Positions 1-7,369 of a DNA stretch of 11,391 bases are shown piece after piece. A program made the translations under genes and the position numbers. Positions within the stretch are counted from its first letter, which is position 1; each line of letters begins with the position of its first letter. Origin of the DNA: Amoeboradix gromovi X-113. Its lineage: Eukaryota; Fungi; Sanchytriomycota. The DNA lies in NCBI GenBank assembly GCA_018985225.1, contig JADGIF010000301.1, forward strand, positions 1 through 11,391, written 5' to 3'. The notes beneath the pieces are model-generated. The model was not told the DNA's origin. It worked only from the letters and a program-made list of their open reading frames with translations, and made no database searches.

Positions 1-71
1 AAGAGTAATGATGTTAGTATAACATTACAAAATGACTCTAGAAAAGAGTACCGTCTAAGAAAATGCACCTT

Positions 72-241
72 TTGCTTAGATGCTCAAAGACCTCATATCT
101 AGTTTTATTTTGAAAAGAGGAATACAATCAATGAAAGAAAATTGGTATAATAGAAGAAGATCTTTTATTAATGATAGCATTTCCTCCGTATGGTGCACCT
201 TTAAATATGACTTCGTCTAGTTTTTATATTTGGTGTCCCAT
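72..241 (-). repeat. Dispersed repeat, copy A (inverted relative to copy B at the right window end); probable DNA transposon/MITE terminus
   Basis: The reverse complement of 72..240 aligns to 11203..11391. By manual count about 150/166 aligned bases are identical, with a 3-nt and a 23-nt indel. The inner end ATGGGACACCAAATATAAAAACTAG also recurs at 10702..10726. Confidence 0.85.
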
Positions 242-592
242 TACCTTCATATGGGCTTAACTTTGAAATTGAATAGGTTGTTCAGAAACTCTCTATAACT
301 TATTATAGCCTTCGAATCAAATATTTGTTTAAACTTAATGCTAACGAGGTACCTCACCACTACTTGCCTCGGAGAAACCGTCAAGCGGGTCTCATTCAAT
401 CTCTGAATGATATACCTTCTAGAATCATGATTGCGACAACTTAAAAGTACGGTAGAATTTTTATGGTATATCAAATAGAGCTTCCAAGTGATCCTCCGGT
501 GATATACTATAGATAACACTGCTGTTGAGCTTCATTTTGGGCGTTGCTAATTTTGATGTTTCTAACATTGGAAATGTTCACAAAATATACAG

Positions 593-604
593 AATAAATT
601 TATT
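593..604. terminator. Palindromic AATAAATTTATT; poly(A) signal for the 603..950 gene (AATAAA on both strands)
   Basis: The minus-strand AATAAA at 599..604 overlaps the TAA stop. A plus-strand AATAAA lies at 593..598. Confidence 0.45.
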
Positions 605-950
605 AAACTGGAAGCTGTTCGTATGCTTGAATTGGATCTCCATTGTAATATCTTTTTATTTCAGTTATTCCTACTTGTAGAGTTTCGTCATTAAGTCTAA
701 AGTAGTCGTCTAATTCTACTAACCATTGAATAACGAACAAAAAAAGCGAGTGTATCACCGTAGTTGATGCATAATCTATGGGGTCCACTATTAATGACAA
801 CTTTGGGGAAAGCCAGGATATAAAATGGAGCCAAGATAGCAATGGATGAAGTAGTCCGATGTACCTTATTGCTAGCGCTATTACTGAGTGATCTAGAAAG
901 TACAAAAGCGCGCATATAGCTAGGAGGGAAGCAGGAATACGATCACTCAT
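603..950 (-). CDS. Hypothetical small membrane protein, 115 aa
   Basis: ATG-initiated ORF (CACTAAATG) with hydrophobic segments in the N-terminal two thirds. Its TAA stop overlaps AATAAA (599..604), as in the verified neighbouring genes. No recognisable family. Confidence 0.55.
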   Translation of the reverse strand: MSDRIPASLLAICALLYFLDHSVIALAIRYIGLLHPLLSWLHFISWLSPKLSLIVDPIDYASTTVIHSLFLFVIQWLVELDDYFRLNDETLQVGITEIKRYYNGDPIQAYEQLPV

Positions 951-1047
951 TTAGTGAGAAAATATTAAGTTTCAAGTAAAGAGCGTCAATATATATGCAA
1001 TTACTATGCAAGTTGGTTAATGTCTATTTATTAAGCATATAATGCGA

Positions 1048-1344
1048 TCAAAATCCATGGACCTTAACCTCGTCTTGTTGGCAAATTTCTTGCTCAATTA
1101 AAAATACTTTAATTTTCTCCCGTTGATCACCGCTAAGTTGTATAATCTCCATGCTATCATCGTCTTTGACTATGGTTCCATTACAAGCAAATTCCTTTTT
1201 AAAGTACTTCACCATTTTCTTTTGGTCTAGATCAACTGGAAGACCTTGAACTGTCGTTAAAGTTTTTCTTCCGTTTCTTTGCTGAACTCGAACATGTATT
1301 ACGTGTTTCTCAAATAATCCTTCGTTGAAGACATCTGTAGACAT
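1048..1344 (-). CDS. SUI1: Eukaryotic translation initiation factor 1 (eIF1/SUI1), ~98 aa
   Basis: Signature IHVRVQQRNGRKTLTTVQG...KKEFACNGTIV...IIQLSGDQR...KVHGF*. The first in-frame ATG is at 1344 (MSTDVF); the track start at 1395 is a GTG. A spliced N-terminus cannot be excluded. Confidence 0.95.
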   Translation of the reverse strand: MSTDVFNEGLFEKHVIHVRVQQRNGRKTLTTVQGLPVDLDQKKMVKYFKKEFACNGTIVKDDDSMEIIQLSGDQREKIKVFLIEQEICQQDEVKVHGF

Positions 1345-1761
1345 TGAGTGGGGGTTTGATTCGTCACAAATTAGAATTGCTCTGATCTTTCTCACATACT
1401 AGATTTATACAGTGCTTCAAAACTCTAAACGATATTAAACTGAGTGAATTTACTAAAACAAGTCCAACCTGCCGAAAACGAATTGGTAAATTCTCACTCT
1501 GCAATATTTCATTTAGAAATTCAGTTTTAAATTTTATTGTAACTGCTGGCTACTCTGGTAATTTGTTTTAAGTTTGGCGTTTATTTCGACGATGTTACGC
1601 GTGAATTCGAGAACTCAGGGTAGTTTCATAATAATTGGATTTTGTAACTTCTTGCTTAATTAAGTAAACAAATTGTTCATTTTTATACTAAATGTAAATG
1701 TCTCTGCAGGGAATTTGTCTTATGATTTCACATTTCTGAACCAATCCCCTGAAACAAGAAA

Positions 1762-2427
1762 AGTACGTATTCATTCAAAATGCTTGAAGAAATATACGTT
1801 GACATATAAACATTCTTTCACGCCTTTTGAATAACTTTTTTACTAATGTAGTGCGCGAATATAAATTAGTAGTATTAGGAAGTGGAGGTGTTGGTAAATC
1901 AGCCTTGACCGTACAATTTGTCCAATCTATATTTGTTGAGAAATATGACCCAACCATTGAAGATTCATATCGTAAACAAGTTGAAATCGACGGACAGCAA
2001 TGTATGTTGGAGATATTGGATACCGCCGGAACTGAACAGTTTACTGCGATGAGAGACATGTACATGAAGAAGGGCGAAGGTTTTGCTTTAGTATATTCAA
2101 TTACATCTCAAGCGACTTTTGCTGACCTTAATGAATTGAGAGAGCAGATTACTCGAGTTAAAGATTCTCCTAAAGTAGTTATTATTTATTTAGGTTCCAA
2201 TGGTGCTTTGCGGTAACAAATGTGATTTGGTGGACGATCGAGTTGTTAGCACACAAGAAGGGCAAACTCTAGCAAATAATTGGGGAAGCACATTCTTGGA
2301 AACCTCTGCTCGAAAGAAGATTAACGTTGATGAAGTCTTTTATGATTTAGTGCGACAAGTTAACAAACAACTACCAGATGCTGGACAAAAGAAGAAGAAA
2401 TCCGGAGGAGGATGCATGATTTTGTAA
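1762..2427 (+). CDS. RAP1: Ras-family GTPase Rap1 (Rsr1/Bud1-like), 185 aa; coding exons 1762, 1852..2174, 2194..2427
   Basis: The spliced product has [20 protein letters not shown], effector loop YDPTIEDSY, Rap-specific DTAGTEQF (Thr61), [17 protein letters not shown], polybasic KKKK and CAAX box CMIL. Splicing joins track ORFs 1827..2216 and 2200..2427. Confidence 0.93.
1763..1851 (+). other. 89-nt spliceosomal intron interrupting the Rap1 start codon (A|TG)
   Basis: Donor GTACGT at 1763, branch-like TACTAAT at 1841..1847, TAG ending at 1851. Removal creates ATG CGC GAA TAT AAA (MREYK), the canonical Rap1 N-terminus. The unspliced frame has no ATG upstream of REYK. Confidence 0.8.
2175..2193 (+). 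other. 19-nt spliceosomal intron in Rap1 (GTAGTTATTATTTATTTAG), phase 0
   Basis: Removal corrects the frame and gives RVKDSPK|[12 protein letters not shown], matching conserved Rap1 spacing. Confidence 0.9.
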
Positions 2428-2461
2428 TACCAATAAACAGCAGTTAATTAAACAATTGCAT

Positions 2462-3307
2462 TTATTGTTCCATTGTCAAAGATATTCCAGCCTTCTGCTC
2501 GCCTTTAAAATGATCTAATTCGCCGGACAAACCAATTGTGATACCTGGCATCAATCTGTACTCCATTACGCTAGAGACCTTTCCCATAGTATCAAGACCA
2601 ACTTTTATCATAGCTTGCTGGAAAATATATCTTGCACCAGTCTGAGTCATAGACCCATTTGGAGAAACAGTGAGTTCAGAGGCCAAACTAACTTTATCTG
2701 ATAATGGGTGAGCATAACTAGCTGTTAAAGTTTGATTTGAAGGGGATTTTGTAATTGATAAGCAAAACTCTGGAGATAAGAATGGCTGGTAAGTAAATCC
2801 CACAGGCACCGGAGGAGCTGCTTCTTTATTCTCCAAAATGTTAGATCCGCTGTGATGAAATGACAGAGAGGCTCCCAATTCTGCAGCTTGGTAAACCTCT
2901 AACCCAACAATGAATTTTTCACTTACTTTATGAAGATATCCAATAGAGTTAAGTACTCCGGGAATCCACTTAGCGTTAGCGCAGTTGGCGTGACTTATAT
3001 ATTCTACCTCTGTCTGGGTTTGCTGACCTTGCGTGTTAATTTGATGTTGAGCTTTTGCAACTATCTGAGAAGACTTGTTATCAAAGATCATTCGATTCAA
3101 TCTGAATAAGCCGCTACTGATTCCAACCATGGACTGCATAAACACATTATCATCCAAAAACATGGAACCGAACTGGTAATTATCGCCGATATTGTGCATC
3201 ACACTAAAATTTTGGGAGAAGTTTTTTGTAATATCTGCTCTCAAGCCTTTAAACGGTGCTGGGAAGATATTCTTGGGTTGCTTGTGGAAATTTTCAAAGT
3301 TAAACAT
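2462..3307 (-). CDS. TOM40: Mitochondrial outer-membrane import channel Tom40 (porin_3 family), 281 aa
   Basis: The motifs ENFHK...FKGLRADITKNFSQNFSVMH, ASYAHPLSDKVSLASEL and GARYIFQQAMIKVGLDTMGKVSSVMEYRLMPGITIGLSGELDHFKGEQKAGISL match fungal Tom40. The N-terminus is short. Confidence 0.9.
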   Translation of the reverse strand: MFNFENFHKQPKNIFPAPFKGLRADITKNFSQNFSVMHNIGDNYQFGSMFLDDNVFMQSMVGISSGLFRLNRMIFDNKSSQIVAKAQHQINTQGQQTQTEVEYISHANCANAKWIPGVLNSIGYLHKVSEKFIVGLEVYQAAELGASLSFHHSGSNILENKEAAPPVPVGFTYQPFLSPEFCLSITKSPSNQTLTASYAHPLSDKVSLASELTVSPNGSMTQTGARYIFQQAMIKVGLDTMGKVSSVMEYRLMPGITIGLSGELDHFKGEQKAGISLTMEQ

Positions 3308-4082
3308 TTAAAAGGAGATTTTGATGTATTCTCCTTTTCAGAAAAGCTGTGTATTAAATTTATGTACTCTAAATTGAAGTGAGCGCCAAATTTTAGAATA
3401 ACAATGATTTAATATTTATCATTTTGAAAAGTAATTTCTAAAGCCTTGGATATTTTCAAAATTTATCACCCCTGCGACTTTCAAAGTTCTAGCGCATCTA
3501 TATGCAATGTCTACTACAAATGTGCTCCTCCCTACTCTTTCCTTTTCATCCTATTTACATTTTGTTAATATTTATATACCATCGCCCTTGCGTATACTGC
3601 ATTTCTATATATCTAACGCTATATTATATATTCAGTAGCTTTGTGTGGAACACACCTCAAGGCCAATCTCATTTTAATGCTTATGCTTTCCTATTCGTCT
3701 AAATAGGAGACTTTAGTAATCAGAGTTTAAGTATGCAGCACTTCCTAGTTGCAGATCAATTTGGTTACATTTGGTCTGTGCGACAGAGCCTCTTTCTTAA
3801 ATTTATTCTTCAGTCAAGTGATTAAAGTATGCCACCAAGTATTGAATTATGTCGAATGAATTTGCCTTGTTTTCCTAGAAAATTACTATGTATCGCAATA
3901 TTGGGCTTCGTTACAAATAATTTTGCATGAACACAATCTAAAGTTAATTATATTTAATTTCTCTGGCGATTCCTTTTCAAAATGGATCCTCATGACCTAT
4001 TTTTTGATTACGTAAGTTACGTCGTTTCAAGTCCCCATTCAAATCCCACCCCTCAATCGAAACATATACCATTTTTAGTTAA

Positions 4083-6459
4083 ATGAAGCGAGAATTACAC
4101 TCTCCAGATTCAATTTCTAAAAAGAATTCTAACCTTGGTAATTTTTATGAATGGATTCAAGAAATCATTTGCCTAGCAAACCAGGAATGGTCTCCTGAAT
4201 TTGAACAAATTACAAAATTCACCACCGAGTTGATCCACAACCAGTCCTCCTCTTGTGCGATGTACAACATAACCAAGTTTGATTATATCCTTCATTTAAT
4301 CAACCAGTGTGCCATCCACTATCCTAATTATTCCAATGTTCTAGCAGTAACCCGTCAAACTGTTGAATCCTTAATTATTAGAAATGATTTGAACAAGGCA
4401 TTGATAAAGGAGTATGCCGTTGCTTTCAATTTATTATTTAAAAAGAGATGGCAATTGCCTTTTAATAATTATGCAACGCCCCTCCAGAGCAGCGTCAGCT
4501 TTATCGATTTAATATTTAACCATGGATATAACATATTCTTGTTTATTAAATCTTGCTACGATATGAATACCAACACCAATTCTCGTATTCTATTTGGTTT
4601 CCTTGCTTACGTTTTACAGGAAATGTACTTCAGTATACCTCATACAATCCCGGTATCAATTTTGATTAATCAGTGTACAGCTAGCCAGCAAGAAACAGTC
4701 AACAAACATCCTAACAATCAAATCGTTGCTTACTTGTTCATCAAGTGGGACATTAGCTGTGATTTCATTCCTCAATTTCATGATGAGTTTAATAAATGCA
4801 AGGACTTGGTTCCTACATGGTTCAGCAGTAGCAATAAAGGTGATTATACTCCACTGCTGTACAAGTTCAATCAAACAATCCAGCTGCTCTTCAACAACTC
4901 ATCAGAACTAGGGATGGACATTTATGCTAAACCTTGTAGACTAATATATAGCCAATGCCCTAACACTAGATTGCTAAAATTCAACAAAGCTGCACCGCCT
5001 AATAGAAATTTCAGATCAAACGATACGTTTAATTCCAGCAGCTCAGTCAACATGGACAAATTTAAATCTACAAGCACAAATATTACCAACTCGAATGATA
5101 CTACTAATGGTTGCACATCCACTGTGAAAACATGCAGACCTGTGCGCCAGTTATTGCAGCTCTTACCCCGCTTATCATTTGATATTTCAGCTATTAATGA
5201 GTATCCTGAATTTACCAACAAATTACATGATATCCAGTCCAAATACCAGGATGAACATCACCTGATCAATTTCCCAATCATAGGGTTTGTTTGTACCTTT
5301 ATAAATCACTGCAACCATCAAAACATAATGTTGACTAACAAGTTGCTGGACATTATGGCAACCGTATTGTTCGACATATGGCATAGCACAATGACTAACA
5401 CTTTTGGGAACTCCACTGCATATTCTGCATGGAACAGCCACCCAATGGAGTTTATTTACAGCATCCCAGTAATTCAAACCAGCAACTACTACACTCACAC
5501 AGTAAAACAGATTAACGAATCGTTTATTGATTATCATAGTAAAAGACATGCTGATGCATTTCCAGAGTGTATAGAAGTCATATTTACAATGATGAAGCAA
5601 GAATACTTACTGGTTGGTATATGGCAACAGCCTGAACTGTTCAACACTTTTGCATTGTATAACATGAGCAAACAGGACAATAGTGATGGAGCACGAGCTA
5701 AGGAAATGCTGGGAATGATGGATGAGGAAATGGAGGTACTTTACAACAACCAACAGGATATATACAGTAGCATAAGAACAAGTATGGAGAGCATGGACAG
5801 GGATGCTGCCAGAGATACTGCCAAATGTAACTGGTCAGGCACCACCTGCTCATTAATTTTAGATTATGTGCCTTCAGAGTATACAAATTTAGATTCTTTT
5901 ATAATGTACATATTTATGTGTATAATAGAAGAAGGTATAACGGCAACCCGGCTAATGATGGAGAATGTTAACAATGACTTTAAAATAAAAAGTAGAGAGG
6001 AAGTAACAGAGATATTAACCAGATTCGTAGCTATAATAATATTAAAGGAAGATAGATTTAGAATGATGGATTATAGAGATATGAGGCTCATGATAATGTG
6101 CGGATTGTACGGGATATGTAAATATATGGATTTGAAGCTATCATTAGCGGATTGCATAGGGGCCATGGAGTCGTCACAAATGGCATTCAACAAGCAAAGT
6201 TTATACATGATATATGACAAGACATTGCAGAACAACGAAATAATATACTGTGATTTGATAGTGTTTTTTAATACTCATTTTGTGCCAACTTTTGGTAATT
6301 TGATACGGCATTTTAGTAAGACGGTAATGTTACTTAATGTAGGAAGAGATGCCGGAAATGATGGGTTCACCATTTAAACAGTACATGGGAGTACACGCGA
6401 GTCCAGGGATATTTAGAATGACATCTAATGCGGTAATGGGGACATGGATGAGTCCATAA
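4083..6459 (+). CDS. Divergent Retinoblastoma-family (pocket) protein, ~785 aa; exons 4083..6323 and 6343..6459 (true start possibly the ATG at 3982)
   Basis: Pocket B: MMDYRDMRLMIMCGLYGICKYMDLKLSL resembles Rb [28 protein letters not shown], and DLIVFFNTHFVP resembles the Rb-family (D/S)(L/I)IxFYN motif. RbN-like segments: FNLLFKK and IFNHGYNIFLFIK. Pocket-A-end-like segment: LLVGIWQQPELF. The spliced C-terminus has SPFK, SPG and MSP, and its stop overlaps AATAAA. Confidence 0.8.
6324..6342 (+). other. 19-nt spliceosomal intron in the Rb-like gene (GTAATGTTACTTAATGTAG), phase 0
   Basis: GT..AG boundaries, the same length as the Rap1 short intron, and the same TAATGTAG 3' end as the 89-nt intron. 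Removal gives a 38-aa SP-rich tail ending in TAA overlapped by AATAAA (6458..6463). Confidence 0.8.
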
Positions 6460-6462
6460 TAA

Positions 6463-6611
6463 AATTTTTGATCATATATGTTCCGCTTAACTCTGTTCCT
6501 CCTTAAAAAGCGCTGATTTCCGGGATAATCGAGAATTTCCACGTAGAAATTAGCAATGCTAGTAAATCCGTTACAGTAATTTGTCACGCTTGCACTACCC
6601 TGAGGTGAGAT
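6463..6611 (-). ncRNA. Candidate omegaRNA/reRNA scaffold (6483..6611) plus flank-derived guide (~6463..6482)
   Basis: It lies between the TnpB remnant and the putative right end. Visible complementary segments: AATTTCT-ACGT-GGAAATT, TAGC-ATT-GCTA, GATT(A)TC-CCG-GAAATC, and CGCTT...AAGCG closing at the terminus. Function is inferred from position only. Confidence 0.35.
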
Positions 6612-6695
6612 TGAATAAGGATACATGTACTTGTATATATTCCTTGCTGCCATATACTCTCTATTGTTACACCGGTAAGAACATTCACATACGAA
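6612..6695 (-). pseudogene. Remnant of a TnpB/Fanzor C-terminus (second half of the zinc finger + RuvC-III)
   Basis: FVCECSYRCNNREYMAARNIYKYM resembles the TnpB/Fanzor consensus FxCxxCGxxxDRDxNAAxNI. The catalytic Asp position holds Glu, and an in-frame TAA precedes the fragment. Confidence 0.65.
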
Positions 6696-6733
6696 TTATT
6701 GAATGAATGGTTTGTAGCCTTATTTATCGTTGA

Positions 6734-6854
6734 TCTCTTTCTAGGCATTAAAAGACATCTAATTGTTCCATGTTTGGACCAGTTCCTCAACGTTGATCTA
6801 TGTATGCTACAATTATTAGTTATTTCTTTAGATTTGACATGTTCAGGATTACAT
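6734..6854 (-). pseudogene. Remnant of an IS607-type TnpA N-terminal MerR-like HTH
   Basis: An ATG at 6854 and one extra base precede NPEHVKSKEITNNCSIHRSTLRNWSKHGTIRCLLMPRKR. This resembles the IS607 TnpA pattern V(H/S)xxTLRxWxxxGxIxxxxxPGG(K/R)R. The catalytic serine-recombinase domain is absent. Confidence 0.65.
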
Positions 6855-7369
6855 CTATTGATTACATTTACCTTTAGTCAGAGTGGAGAATATAGAGTGT
6901 TTACGGTACTTGAAAAATCTAGAAAAGTCATGAAATTATATAAAAATGCATATAAATTTGCGATAGATGATTTGTTTTACAAAATCTATTAGCTATCAGA
7001 AAATCATGATAAAGCCAAATAAAGATAGTCGAAAGACAGTGCCTGTTTGAAGCATGAATTTGCAATATCATTCTCTTACACTTTGAACGAATATAGTTGC
7101 AAGGCTTAGGTCATAAACTGAGTATCCCGTTACGAAACTAAAAGCAGCTTAACCAAAACAATTTTTTTAAATATCCTCTAAGTTAAGTAGAACCATGGGC
7201 AGCTGAATTTATTATTCTGAGACGATAGTCCATGCAAATATCACGATGAGAATTATAGACCTCGTGCCATAGTTTTGTTTAAGATAAGAAACCTGCGGTT
7301 CTTCGCAGCCTGCGTAATGTGAATAATTTCATTAATAAATCAAATCACGCCTGTAACGATTACTCCTTA

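Larger units (their letters stand above)
6483..7016 (-). mobile_element. Internally deleted, non-autonomous IS607-like (serine transposase TnpA + TnpB/Fanzor2) element; boundaries tentative
   Basis: Order on the minus strand: GG, short imperfect direct repeats (CATGATTTTC, ATAGATTTTG, CATGACTTTTC, CTAGATTTTTC), a TnpA MerR-HTH remnant, a TnpB/Fanzor C-terminal remnant, a hairpin-rich segment, then ...TTAAGCGG. Confidence 0.65.

Noticed and set aside
1-102. Open frame KSNDVSITLQNDSRKEYRLRKCTFCLDAQRPHI* with a CxxC motif, a possible gene 3' end
   Set aside because: It is short and overlaps repeat copy A, and copy B differs by a frame-breaking 23-nt indel.
130-241. The repeat translates (minus) to KLDEVIFKGAPYGGNAIINKR, resembling the GGVAI motif of LINE APE endonucleases; several A/B differences are synonymous or conservative in this frame
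   Set aside because: No other APE motif (xQET, GDFN) was found, both copies share an in-frame stop, and the sharp shared boundary fits a TIR better. Not fully excluded.
247-519. 90-aa minus-strand ORF
   Set aside because: It has a non-ATG start and no recognisable motif. Joining it to the upstream ATG would need an implausible 13-nt intron, and there is no AATAAA at the stop.
1597-1602. ACGCGT (MCB-like) in the eIF1/Rap1 divergent intergenic region
   Set aside because: A single hexamer, and neither flanking gene is a typical G1/S target.
3502-3702. 66-aa plus-strand ORF
   Set aside because: Low-complexity C/T-rich intergenic sequence with no motif or 3' signal.
6330-6992. Track ORFs 6330..6653(-), 6584..6790(-) and 6699..6992(+) as independent genes
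   Set aside because: They are explained as fragments or antisense shadows of the decayed IS607-like element. The first also overlaps the Rb last exon.
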